Source: Deltaproteobacteria bacterium (GTDB lineage: Bacteria > Myxococcota > JACRCW01). From it: 34,218 bases of DNA. Made by a program: the position numbers and the translations under genes. The stretch lies in contig JACRCW010000122.1 of assembly GCA_016218805.1 (NCBI GenBank), forward strand, positions 1 through 34,218. Reading direction: 5' to 3'. The notes beneath the pieces are model-generated. The model saw only the letters and a list, made by a program, of their open reading frames with translations, made no database searches and was not told the DNA's origin. Shown here in pieces: positions 17,988-27,273 of this stretch (its first letter is position 1; each line of letters starts with the position of its first letter).

Positions 17988-18004
17988 CGTTTCTTTGTGG
18001 CGCG

Positions 18005-18817
18005 TCACGGCAGCGTCAGGATCTCCACGCCGCTCTCCGTCACCACCACGGTGTGCTCAAATTGCGCGGACAGTTTCCCGTCCGCGGTCACCGCGGTCCA
18101 CCCGTCGTCCAGCATCTGCACGGGCCATTCACCCTCATTGATCATGGGCTCAATGGTGAACACCATGCCGGGCTGCAGCCGCAGCCCGCGCCCGCGGCCG
18201 TCCCCGCCGCTGCGCTTGCCGTAGTGCTTCACCTGCGGCGGCGCATGGAACCGGTCACCAATCCCGTGCCCCACAAAGTCGCGCACCACCGAATAGCCCG
18301 CTTTGGCCGCCACCTCTTCAATCGCCTCGCCGATGTCACCGAGGCGGCCGCCGGGTTTCACTTCACGGATGGCAGCGTCCAGGCACTGTTGCGTGGTCTC
18401 CACCAGGCGGCGCGCGGCGTCACTGACCCTGCCCACCAGGTAGGTGCGGGACGCATCCCCGTGCCAGCCGTCCAGGATGGGGGTGACGTCCAGGTTGATG
18501 ATGTCCCCTTCACGCAGCACCACGCGGCGGGACGGGATGCCGTGGCAGACCACCTCATTGGGTGAGGTGCAGATGTGCTTGGGAAAAGGGAGGTTGGGGT
18601 TGCTGCCCTGGTAGCCGTACGGCGCGGACACCGCTCCGCGGGCGGTGGTCCACGCGTCGGCCAGGCGGTCCAGCTCTTCCGTGGTCACGCCGGGTTTCAC
18701 CAACGGCCCCAGGTAGTCCAGCAGCTCATGCGCCAGGCGGCCCGCGGCGCGGAGCTTGCGCAGCTCTTCCTTGCCCCGGAGGGCGATGGTGGGGGGACGC
18801 AGGTCAGGAAACAGCAT
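18005..18817 (-). CDS. map: Type I methionyl aminopeptidase
   Basis: CTSPNEVVCHGIPS, GDIINLDVT, GWHGDASRT, FVGHGIG..FH, FTIEPMIN and SAQFEHT. Confidence 0.97.
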   Translation of the reverse strand: MLFPDLRPPTIALRGKEELRKLRAAGRLAHELLDYLGPLVKPGVTTEELDRLADAWTTARGAVSAPYGYQGSNPNLPFPKHICTSPNEVVCHGIPSRRVVLREGDIINLDVTPILDGWHGDASRTYLVGRVSDAARRLVETTQQCLDAAIREVKPGGRLGDIGEAIEEVAAKAGYSVVRDFVGHGIGDRFHAPPQVKHYGKRSGGDGRGRGLRLQPGMVFTIEPMINEGEWPVQMLDDGWTAVTADGKLSAQFEHTVVVTESGVEILTLP

Positions 18818-18831
18818 GGAAACCTCGGTGC

Positions 18832-18840
18832 AGTGTAACA
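18832..18840 (-). promoter_or_regulatory. Candidate extended -10 promoter for map
   Basis: The minus strand reads TGT-TACACT (TGn-TAnnnT) 14 nt upstream of the ATG, followed by GAGGT. Confidence 0.45.
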
Positions 18841-18864
18841 ACGCGCGCGCGCCGCGGCACCGCC

Positions 18865-21084
18865 TCAGCGGGACAGCTCCCACGCGCTGACGGCGTTGTG
18901 CACGCTGAGCAGGTTGCGCAGCTGTGTGACCAGTTCCGGCTGCGCGCCCGCCAGGTTGTTGCGCTCGGCCTGGTCACGGGCCACGTCAATGAGCTGCGTG
19001 GTGTTCACGTCCAGGTCCAGCAGCAGCTTCATGTTCCCGCGCACCACGGCGCGCCGGTTGTGCGGCTGCTTGGGGTCAGTGAGCCCCTCCACAATGGCCG
19101 TGCCCGGGTCCCCGGCGGCGGCGGCATCCCCGCGCAGCAGCAAGGGCACCAGCGTCTTGCCGTCCAGCATGGGGTCCACACCGCTGGTGAGGCCCAGCAG
19201 GTTGAGCAGCGTGGGCACAATGTCCACGTTCTCCACGACGGTGGACACGCGCTGCGCCGGGAAGCCGGGTGCATGGATGAGCAGGGGCACGTGGATGTCC
19301 TCCTGCCAGAGGTTCTGGCCGTGGCCCCATTCGCCGTGGGTGCCCAGGCCCTGCCCGTGGTCTGAGGTGAACACCATGAGCGTGCGGCCGCCGTCCGGGA
19401 GGCCCTGCACGTGGTCCACCAGCCGGCCCAGGTGCCGGTCCACGTAGGCCACCGCCGCGTCATACCGGGCCAGCGGGTCCCCGCCGAACGGCGTGTCATG
19501 CCAGTACAGATGCGGGTCATACAGGTGGACCCAGGCCAGCCACGGGCGGTCCGCCTGCTGGTTGATCCACTCCATGGCCTTGTTCACCACGGCCTCACCC
19601 TGCGGGCGGGACCAGTCATTGTACGCGGGGTCCACGCGCCGCGGGTTGAAGAAGTCAAATCCCTGCGTGAGTCCCTCCTGGCCCTCAAAGTACTTCTCCA
19701 GGATGAACGAGGCCGCCGCGTACCCGCGCGGGGTCAGCCGCTCAGCCAGGGAGACGTTCTGCGGCAGCAGCGTGAGCAGCTCCGTGCGGCTGGGCGCCAT
19801 GCGCAGGCGCGACGGATAGCGGCCGGTGAGGATGGACGGGATGGAGCGGTGCGACCGCACGCCGTTGCAGTAATTGGCGTCAAACACCGCGGAGCGTTGC
19901 GCCAGTGCGTCCAGATAGGGCGTGTTGGGCCGCGGGTTGCCGTACAGGTGCATGCGGTCCAGGCGCAGCGTGTCCACAATGACCAGCAGGATGTTCTTGT
20001 AGGGACCCACGCCGTCGGGCAGGGCGGCGTGGTGGACGTCCGGGCGGCGCGGCGGCACGTGGAAATCCGCGCCGGAGCAGTCTTCGTCCACGCCGTTGTC
20101 CGGCCGGTCCACCGCGCCCGGAAACACGTCCTTTCGCGAATCATCACAATCCCCACCGCCCAGGATGGAGCTGAATCCGTCCTTGTCCCCGTCGGTGTGC
20201 GCGCGCAGCCAGCGCACGGCCGGCCCGGAGAGCATCCCGCGCTCCAGCACCACGCCACCCGGCGCGCTCCCCGGCAGCTGCTGCAACCCCGCTCCCGCGC
20301 ACAGCACGGACAGCGCCAGCGCCCCCGCCGCCACGCGCGCCGGTACGTGGCGCACGCGCTGGACCACGTGGGACAGCAGGACCGCGCCGGCGGCCAGCCC
20401 CACCGGGTAGAGCGCGGGACGCAGGTCCGTGCCCTTGAGCACCGGCTGGGCCACCCGCAGCAGTTCCACCGCGCCCGCGGCCAGCAGCGCCACCCACGGC
20501 CACAGGCCCCAGCCCGCCCGGCGCGACCCGCCGCGCACGCCTGGCAGGTGCACCAGCGCTTCGCGCACCACCGCGCCCAGGGCCAGCGCCACCGGCAGGA
20601 CACCCAGCGCCAGCACGCCCACCAGCGCGCCCGCCAGCTCCCGCGCGTTGAATGCCTTCTGGGACCAGGCGCTGAGCGCGCCCACACCGGCCACAAACGC
20701 CGCCACCCCGGTGAGCACGCCCCCCGCCCCGGCAAACGCGCGGGCGGCGTGGCGGTCCGGCGCATCCAGCCCCAGCGCGCCGCGCACGGGCGCGGTCAGC
20801 ACGTGCCCCACCGCGTGGCCGCGCCACCCCGTCACGCGCACCGCCAGGGCAAACAGCGTGGCGCAGAGGGCCGCCAACCCGCCCTCGGCCAGGACGGTGA
20901 GCAGGGTGAAGGCCACCCGGCCCTCCGCCGGGGCCAGCCGGCGCGCGAACAGGTCCCCCGCCTCCACCGCACCGGCGGTGAATCCGGCCAGGGCACCGCC
21001 CAGCAGCGCCCCGGCCACGGCCGCATGCAGCGTGGGAGCCTCCGCCGCGGGGGGAACTTCGTTGAGCAGCGGGCTTCCGGACAT
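18865..21084 (-). CDS. Membrane-anchored sulfatase-fold (alkaline phosphatase superfamily) hydrolase/transferase with a Cys/Asp metal-binding motif
   Basis: About 7-8 N-terminal TM helices. Motif DGDKDGF...DCDD....FPGA.D.PDNGVDEDCSGAD. Catalytic domain NILLVIVDTLRLD, TPYLD, SILTGRYP, WVHLYDPH, FTSDHG, HGQ.L..E..HVPL and DIVPT. Confidence 0.85.
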   Translation of the reverse strand: MSGSPLLNEVPPAAEAPTLHAAVAGALLGGALAGFTAGAVEAGDLFARRLAPAEGRVAFTLLTVLAEGGLAALCATLFALAVRVTGWRGHAVGHVLTAPVRGALGLDAPDRHAARAFAGAGGVLTGVAAFVAGVGALSAWSQKAFNARELAGALVGVLALGVLPVALALGAVVREALVHLPGVRGGSRRAGWGLWPWVALLAAGAVELLRVAQPVLKGTDLRPALYPVGLAAGAVLLSHVVQRVRHVPARVAAGALALSVLCAGAGLQQLPGSAPGGVVLERGMLSGPAVRWLRAHTDGDKDGFSSILGGGDCDDSRKDVFPGAVDRPDNGVDEDCSGADFHVPPRRPDVHHAALPDGVGPYKNILLVIVDTLRLDRMHLYGNPRPNTPYLDALAQRSAVFDANYCNGVRSHRSIPSILTGRYPSRLRMAPSRTELLTLLPQNVSLAERLTPRGYAAASFILEKYFEGQEGLTQGFDFFNPRRVDPAYNDWSRPQGEAVVNKAMEWINQQADRPWLAWVHLYDPHLYWHDTPFGGDPLARYDAAVAYVDRHLGRLVDHVQGLPDGGRTLMVFTSDHGQGLGTHGEWGHGQNLWQEDIHVPLLIHAPGFPAQRVSTVVENVDIVPTLLNLLGLTSGVDPMLDGKTLVPLLLRGDAAAAGDPGTAIVEGLTDPKQPHNRRAVVRGNMKLLLDLDVNTTQLIDVARDQAERNNLAGAQPELVTQLRNLLSVHNAVSAWELSR

Positions 21085-21086
21085 CG

Positions 21087-22142
21087 TCAGCGCAGCGGGG
21101 GCCGGGCGGTGGCCAGCGCGCGCGCCGCGGAGGCGAAGTAGGCGATGATCGCTTCGTGGGTCATCACGCGTGCGCGCGGGCAGGCGTCCATGGCGGCCTG
21201 GGGCATGGTGGGCAGCGTGGCGCGGCTGGGTTCCTCCACGAACACGCGCCCCTGCCCGCGGGCGATCATCTTGGCCCCGGCGGCGCCGTCATTGCCCATG
21301 CCGGTGAACACCACGGCGGCGGCTTCCGGGCCGTGCGCTTCCGCCACGCTGGTGAACAGCGCGTCCGCGGAAGGCGTGTAGCGCTCCGTGGTGGCGGGGG
21401 TGATGCGGGCAATGGTGTGGCCGGCCAGGCTCTTGATGGAGGTGACCAGGCCGCCGGGGCAGATGTAGGCCCGGCCGCGCAGGATGGGCTCCGCCTGGCG
21501 CAGTTCCCCAATGGGCAGCTTGATGTGCTTGCGCAGCCGCTCGGCCAGCGCCTCCGTGAAGCGTGGCGGCATGTGCTGGGCGACAATGACGGAGAACGGC
21601 GGCGGCTCCGTGAACGCCTCCAGGAATTTCTGCACCACGGGGGGACCGCCGGTGGACGCGGCCACCGCCACGCAGGTGATGCCGGAGGCGCGGAAGCCGC
21701 CGGTGCTTTCGCGCTCCGGGAGGGGCTCCGTGCTGCGGGCCCGGCCACCGAACTCCGCGGCCACCAGCACCTTCTCCCGCAACTCCCGCCCCGCCTCAGT
21801 GGCCTGGGAGATGTCTCCCGTCTTGGGCTTGACCACAAAATCCAGCGCGCCCAGTTCCAGCGCCTGGAACACGGAGTGCGGGCGGCTGTCCGTGGACACC
21901 ACAATGACCGGCGTGGGGCGGACGCCGGGGACCAGGCGGAGGAAGGTGAACCCGTCCATCCGCGGCATTTCCAGGTCCAGCGTGATGACGTCCGGCGCCT
22001 GTTCCTTGAGCAGGCGCATGGCCTCGGCGCCGTCAGACGCGCGGCCCACCACAATGGCGCGCCCGTCCGCCTCCAGCAGCGTGGACAAGGCATGGCGGTT
22101 CACCGCCAGGTCATCCACCACGAGCACCCGCCACGGACCCAT
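21087..22142 (-). CDS. cheB: Chemotaxis methylesterase/response regulator CheB
   Basis: REC domain (VLVVDD, ITLDLEMPRMDG, VVKP) plus the catalytic triad motifs ASTGG, QHMP and TGMGNDGA. Confidence 0.95.
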   Translation of the reverse strand: MGPWRVLVVDDLAVNRHALSTLLEADGRAIVVGRASDGAEAMRLLKEQAPDVITLDLEMPRMDGFTFLRLVPGVRPTPVIVVSTDSRPHSVFQALELGALDFVVKPKTGDISQATEAGRELREKVLVAAEFGGRARSTEPLPERESTGGFRASGITCVAVAASTGGPPVVQKFLEAFTEPPPFSVIVAQHMPPRFTEALAERLRKHIKLPIGELRQAEPILRGRAYICPGGLVTSIKSLAGHTIARITPATTERYTPSADALFTSVAEAHGPEAAAVVFTGMGNDGAAGAKMIARGQGRVFVEEPSRATLPTMPQAAMDACPRARVMTHEAIIAYFASAARALATARPPLR

Positions 22143-22157
22143 CCTGCGCTTCCTCCG

Positions 22158-23051
22158 CTATCGGACAGGGCCACCGTGGCGTGGCGGAGTGTCCGGCGTC
22201 AACGGCGCACGGCGGTACACCAGGTCATTGGCCAGTGACACCGCCTCAAAGCGCGTGGGCACCTGCAGCAGGCTCTCGCTGTGGCCCAGCAGCAGCCAGC
22301 CGCCCGGGCGCAGGCGGTCAAACAGCGCCTCAATGACGCGGCGCTTGCCGTCACGGTCAAAGTAGATGAGCACGTTGCGGCACAGCACCACGTCCATGTA
22401 GCCCACGGCGGCCAGGTCCCCCGAGTTCCACAGGTTGAGGCGCCCCCAGGTGCACAGGTCACGCACTTCGCGGCGGACCTCCCACTGGTCCGTACCGATG
22501 CGGGAGAAGTAGCGGTCCAGGACGGCGGGCTCCGTCTCCCGGAAGCTGGAGTGGCCGTAGACGGCGCGGCGCGCCCGCTGCAGCGCGCGCTGGGACAGGT
22601 CCGTCCCCAGCACCTCCAGGTCCCAACCGGCCAGCTGGGGCTGCCGCATCAGCACAATGGCCAGCGTGTAGACCTCCTCGCCGGTGGAGCAGCCCGCGGA
22701 CCAGATCCGCAGGCGGCGCCGGCCCACGCGCCGGCCGTATTCCACCAGGTTGGGGACAATTTCGTGTTCCAGGGCGCGCAGCTGGCGCGGTTCACGGAAG
22801 AAGTACGTCTCATGCGTGACGCACATCTCCAGCATGCGTTCCAGCTCCGGGTTGGGCGCGGGGCCGCGGGACACCTTGAGCAGGTAGTCGGTGAAGTCGC
22901 GTGAGGCGGTGGCTTCCAGGCGCTCCAGCAGGCGGCGCTCCAGCCGTTCGCGCGCGCCGTCTTCAAACGCCAGACCGGCGGCGTCCGCCAGCAGGCGCCG
23001 GAACGCGCGGAACTCCTCCACGCTCATGACGGGGTGCACGCCCAGGGTCAC
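22158..23051 (-). CDS. cheR: Chemotaxis methyltransferase CheR
   Basis: GTG 23051 overlaps the HEAT stop (GTGA; alternative ATG 23027). THETYFFREP, IWSAGCSTGEEVYTLA, GTDLS, CRNVLIYF and LGHSESL. Confidence 0.95.
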   Translation of the reverse strand: MTLGVHPVMSVEEFRAFRRLLADAAGLAFEDGARERLERRLLERLEATASRDFTDYLLKVSRGPAPNPELERMLEMCVTHETYFFREPRQLRALEHEIVPNLVEYGRRVGRRRLRIWSAGCSTGEEVYTLAIVLMRQPQLAGWDLEVLGTDLSQRALQRARRAVYGHSSFRETEPAVLDRYFSRIGTDQWEVRREVRDLCTWGRLNLWNSGDLAAVGYMDVVLCRNVLIYFDRDGKRRVIEALFDRLRPGGWLLLGHSESLLQVPTRFEAVSLANDLVYRRAPLTPDTPPRHGGPVR

Positions 23052-25054
23052 GCGCCGGCCTCGCGCGCGGGACCAATCAGCAGCTGCAGGGCCTCGCGCA
23101 CCAGGGGGTCCCCTTCGGCCGCCAGCACTTCCCGGGCGGCGCGCGCCAGCGCGGCCTCCGCAATGCCGGCCTCCTGCAGCGCGGTGGCCGCGCGGGCGGC
23201 GGCGTGGCGGACCTCCCAGCGGGGGTCCCGCAGGTAGCTGGTCACCGTGGTGGAGGCGGCCTCCTGGAGCGACGCGCCCAGCGTGCGCAGCGCGGCGCGC
23301 AGCACAGACACCTCCGGGTGGGACAGCGCGCGGGTGCCGGCGGCCAGCGCCAGTTCGCCGCCCACGGATTCGGCAGCCCACAGGGCCGCTTCCGCGCGGT
23401 CCGGTTCCGCGTTGGCCGCCAGCTCCAGGATGGCCGAACGCGCCCGCGTGAGGTCCAGCGCGGACAGCGCGCCCAGGGCGGCGCGCTGGACTTCGGGGTC
23501 CTCGTCCGCCACGCGGGACTGCAGCGCATCCAGGTGTGCGCCGGCGCCCAGGCGGCCCAGCGCGCGCGCGGCCGCGGCCCGCACCGCCGGCAGTTCGTCG
23601 ACCAGCAGCGGCAGCAGCGCGTCGGTGGCGTCCGGGGTGCGGGCGGCGGCCAGGCCTTCGCACGCGGCGGCGCGGATCTCCGCGTCCGGGTGGCGCAGCC
23701 AGCCGCGGAAGCGCGGCCCATCATCCGGTCCGGCGGCGCGCGCCAGCACCTGCACCAGCGGGGCCTGCTCGGCGCCCGGGAGGATCAGCGGGGACACGGC
23801 GCGGTGGACCGCCAGCGGGAGGCTGACGGCGGCGTCCAGCAGCGCGCGCTGGCACAGGCTGCGGTCCTCCGGCTCCGTGGCGGGGTCCGCGGTGCGCCGC
23901 GCCAGCGGCTCCAGCGCGCTCACCGGCTCCGCGGCCAGCCACGCCCGCGCCACGCGCTCCAGCAGGTCATTGGAGACGCGCGGGAACAGCTGCTGCAGGT
24001 GCGGCACCACCCGCGGGTCCGGGTGCTGCTCCAGCAGTTCCAGCGCCAGCGCCTGGTCCTCCGGCTCCATGCGCCGCAGCATCTCCGCCACCAGCAGGCC
24101 CGCGTCCGGGCCGCCGCGCCGCAGCGCCTCGGCCACGGCGGCGTCCCACGGGCGGCCCACGCGCTGGGTCAGCAGCACGGCCGCCGTCCGCGTGTCCGCC
24201 ACCCAGCTGGCCGCGGCGGCCGCGCTGGCTGCGGTCTCCTCGTCACGGGTGCCCAACAGCTCCACGGCGCGGCGGCGCAGCTCATCCCGCCAGGAGGCGT
24301 GCCGCAGCAGCGCAGCCACCGCGGGGGCCGCCGTGCCGGCGGCGCACAGCGCGCCCAGGACGGCGGCGCGCAGCGTCCCCAGCCGCGAGCCCAGCGCCTC
24401 CACCAGCGCGGAGGGCGCTTCCGGGGCCTGGCTGTAGGGCACCGCGGTGATGGCGGCGGACCGCACCAGCGGCTCCTGCAGCAGCGGCGCCAGCAGGCTC
24501 CACCGTGGCGCCTGCCGCGCGCGCGCCAGCCCCAGCAGGATGGCGGAAACCTCCAGGCCGTCCGTGGGGGGCGCGGTTTCCAGGCGGTCCAGCAGGGCGC
24601 GGACGGCCTCCGGCGTGCCCACGCGGCCCAGCGCTTCCGCCGCCGCCGCGCGCACGTTGGTGTCCGGGTCCACCAGCCGCGCCACCAACGCGGCGCACGC
24701 GTCCGGCAGACCCAGCATGCCCAGCGCGTCCACCGCCAGTTTGCGATGATCCGCCGCGGGCGCGGCGGACACTGTGCACAGCGCCGGCAGCGCGGCGCTG
24801 CCCAGCCGGCTGAGCGCGGTCAGCGCGGCGTTGCGGCGGCCGGTGTCCTCAGGATCCTTGAGGCTGTCAAACAGGGCGGCGGCCACCGCGGACGGATCCG
24901 GCAGTGTGCACAACGCGTCCACCGCGGCGTGGCGCACGCGCCAGGAGCTGTCACCCAGGTGCGCCATCAGCGCGGGCAGCGCCTCCGCGGCCGGCCGCGC
25001 CGCCAGCGCCTCCACCCGGCGGATCCGGTCGTCCTCCTGCGAGATGCCGCTCAC
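23048..25054 (-). CDS. HEAT/PBS-lyase repeat protein
   Basis: Repeated L..L.D....VR.AA..ALG units along 668 aa, e.g. LVDPDTNVRAAAAEALGRVG and LRDPRWEVRHAAARA. Confidence 0.92.
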   Translation of the reverse strand: MSGISQEDDRIRRVEALAARPAAEALPALMAHLGDSSWRVRHAAVDALCTLPDPSAVAAALFDSLKDPEDTGRRNAALTALSRLGSAALPALCTVSAAPAADHRKLAVDALGMLGLPDACAALVARLVDPDTNVRAAAAEALGRVGTPEAVRALLDRLETAPPTDGLEVSAILLGLARARQAPRWSLLAPLLQEPLVRSAAITAVPYSQAPEAPSALVEALGSRLGTLRAAVLGALCAAGTAAPAVAALLRHASWRDELRRRAVELLGTRDEETAASAAAAASWVADTRTAAVLLTQRVGRPWDAAVAEALRRGGPDAGLLVAEMLRRMEPEDQALALELLEQHPDPRVVPHLQQLFPRVSNDLLERVARAWLAAEPVSALEPLARRTADPATEPEDRSLCQRALLDAAVSLPLAVHRAVSPLILPGAEQAPLVQVLARAAGPDDGPRFRGWLRHPDAEIRAAACEGLAAARTPDATDALLPLLVDELPAVRAAAARALGRLGAGAHLDALQSRVADEDPEVQRAALGALSALDLTRARSAILELAANAEPDRAEAALWAAESVGGELALAAGTRALSHPEVSVLRAALRTLGASLQEAASTTVTSYLRDPRWEVRHAAARAATALQEAGIAEAALARAAREVLAAEGDPLVREALQLLIGPAREAGA

Positions 25055-25066
25055 GCCCGCCTCCCG

Positions 25067-25996
25067 TCAGACCGTCCTGGCACCGGGATCCACCCCGCGG
25101 GAAAGCCCGCTCAGCAGTTCCGCCACCGCTTCATCAAACACGCCGCGGGCTGATTCCCCCAGCGCCACCGCCCGGCTCTGGAAGATGCCGCGGGCTTCAG
25201 CCACCGCCGCCGCCACCTCCCCTTCCAGCGGCCCGCCGCTCTTGAGGCCGCGCGCCAGGGAGGCCTCATGGTACAGGGCGACGTCACTGACCAGCCGCCG
25301 GGCCAGCGCGCGCGCAGCCTCCAGGCCGTTGACCGGCTCCTGGGGCGCCCGCAGCGCTTCCGCCAGGGCGCGCTCCACCGGCATGTGCGTGCGGGGCGGC
25401 GGCGTCTGGCGTGACTCCAACAGGTCCCGCAGCTGCACGCCCAGCCGGTCCGGCACGTGGTGCAGTTCAATGTGGGCATCCGCGCCGTGCAGCGAGGTGG
25501 GCCGCCGCTTGTAGCGGGTCCGCTCAAACACGCTGGCCAGCAGGATGATGCGCAGCGCAGCGCCGCCGGGGCGGCCGCGCAGCACCTGGACCACCTGGAA
25601 GGCCATCACCACCGGGATCCCCACGTCCAGCACCAGCGCCACCGGGTGGTCCGGCAGCGAGGCGTCAAACGCCGCCACGGCCCGCGCGCCGTCATGGACG
25701 TAGCGCGGGACAAACCCCGCCTCCTCCAGAACGCGGCCCACCGTGGCGCACACCGCGGGGCTTTCATGGGCCACCACCACGGTGGGGCCCGCGGCAGGAG
25801 GACGGGACGCGGCGGCCGCCGGTGCGGCGGCGGCATCCCCCTCCGGCAGGCGCGGGGTGAACAGGGATTCGCAGTTGCCGCACAGCAGCCGCAGGGACGG
25901 GTCCGCCAGTTGGGCGGGGAGCACCGCGTAGCGGCGCCCGCACTCCGGGCAGAACACGGTGACCCGCTCCGGGGAACCCTGGGGCAGCGAGTTCAT
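25067..25996 (-). CDS. Zinc-ribbon (MJ0042-like) + atypical receiver domain protein
   Basis: N-terminal CPEC...CGNC. REC-like VVVAHES...LVLDVGIP...IILLAS, with a YKRRPTSLHGADAHIE motif and a helical C-terminal domain. Confidence 0.8.
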   Translation of the reverse strand: MNSLPQGSPERVTVFCPECGRRYAVLPAQLADPSLRLLCGNCESLFTPRLPEGDAAAAPAAAASRPPAAGPTVVVAHESPAVCATVGRVLEEAGFVPRYVHDGARAVAAFDASLPDHPVALVLDVGIPVVMAFQVVQVLRGRPGGAALRIILLASVFERTRYKRRPTSLHGADAHIELHHVPDRLGVQLRDLLESRQTPPPRTHMPVERALAEALRAPQEPVNGLEAARALARRLVSDVALYHEASLARGLKSGGPLEGEVAAAVAEARGIFQSRAVALGESARGVFDEAVAELLSGLSRGVDPGARTV

Positions 25997-26532
25997 GCGC
26001 CACCTCCCGGCTGCGGCAGCGCCGGAAGCGCCACGGGCGCATCCCGCGCCAGCAGGCGCGCCAGGTTGAGCAGCAGCACCATCCGGCCGCGGTACTGCAG
26101 CACCCCGGAGAACACCTCCGCGGCGTCCCCGGACAGGATGCCATCACCGGACGTCAATGTTTCGCGGCCCACGCGTGCCACCTCCGCCACCGAGTCCACC
26201 AACAATCCCTGCAACCGGTGCCGGTCCAGCACCACCAGGATGCGGCGCCGGGGCCCCGTGTCATCCGGCGGCAGCCCAAACCGCACGCGCAGGTCCACCA
26301 GCGGCATCACCGTCCCGCGCACGTTGATGAGGCCGCGCACGCCCACCGGCGCACGCGGCAGCGGCGTCAGCGGCATGGGGCGCAGGATCTCGCGGATGCG
26401 CATGATGTCCAGCACCATCTCATCCCCGCCCACGCGGAACAGGCAGAGATTGACAAACGTGGTGTCCGCGCGCGCCGGGGCGGGGCTGTCCGTCTCAGCC
26501 ACGGGTGCGGGGAGCCCGGAGGTGTCCTTCAT
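25993..26532 (-). CDS. cheW: CheW adaptor
   Basis: FRVGGDEMVLDIMRIREI, TPLPRAP, GLINVRGTVMPLVDLR.RFG and GLLVDSVAEV. ATGA overlaps at both ends. Confidence 0.95.
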   Translation of the reverse strand: MKDTSGLPAPVAETDSPAPARADTTFVNLCLFRVGGDEMVLDIMRIREILRPMPLTPLPRAPVGVRGLINVRGTVMPLVDLRVRFGLPPDDTGPRRRILVVLDRHRLQGLLVDSVAEVARVGRETLTSGDGILSGDAAEVFSGVLQYRGRMVLLLNLARLLARDAPVALPALPQPGGGA

Positions 26533-27266
26533 TCCGCCTCCTCATGCTGCGCGTCCGGTGAGGTGAGGCCCAGGTGGGTCATCAGCGTCCCCAGGTCCAG
26601 CACGATCACCAGGCCGTCCTCCGCATTGCCCAGGCCGCGCAGCAGCGTGCGGCGCGCCGTGGACAGGCCCACCGGGGGTGGTTCCAGCCGGGCGGTGTCC
26701 ATCTTCACCACGTGCGCCACGCGGTGCACCCAGAACGCCACACTGTCGTCACCCCGGCCCACCACCAGGAAGCGCGCTTCCGGTCCGCCGCCGCGCGCCT
26801 CACCCTGCACGCCCAGGATGCCGGTGAGGGACAACACGGGCATGACGTGGCCGCGCAGCGAAAACACCCCCAGCACGTGCTCCGGTGCCCGCGGCACCTC
26901 CGTGAGATCCAGCGGCTTGAGGATCTCCCGGATGCCCATGATCCCCATGCCGTAGTTCTCCCCGCCCAACCGGAAGATGAGGACGCGCTCCAGGTCCCCG
27001 CCGCCCTCCTGCGGCTGGAGTGACGCCTGCTCGGTCTCCACCACCTGGCCGTCGCGGCCGGCGTCCAGGAAGAACTCGGACAGGGCGTTGCGTCCGGTGG
27101 CGGAGATGGGCGCAAAGGTGGGCACCAGGGACCCCACCACGGTGGCACCCGCCGGGGGTTCCGGCAGGGCGGCCGGCCGGTCGGTCCCCGGCGGCGGCAT
27201 GGGTGGCAGCGACGCGGCACCCGCGTCACCCCGTCCCGCCGTCTTCTTCCTGCGTGGTCCGGCCAT
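26529..27266 (-). CDS. cheW: CheW adaptor with a ~90-aa Pro-rich N-terminal extension
   Basis: ATG 27266 after GAGGA. FRLGGENYGMGIMGIREI, TEVPRAPEHVLGVFSLRGHVMPVL. Confidence 0.9.
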   Translation of the reverse strand: MAGPRRKKTAGRGDAGAASLPPMPPPGTDRPAALPEPPAGATVVGSLVPTFAPISATGRNALSEFFLDAGRDGQVVETEQASLQPQEGGGDLERVLIFRLGGENYGMGIMGIREILKPLDLTEVPRAPEHVLGVFSLRGHVMPVLSLTGILGVQGEARGGGPEARFLVVGRGDDSVAFWVHRVAHVVKMDTARLEPPPVGLSTARRTLLRGLGNAEDGLVIVLDLGTLMTHLGLTSPDAQHEEAE

Positions 27267-27273
27267 GGTTTCC

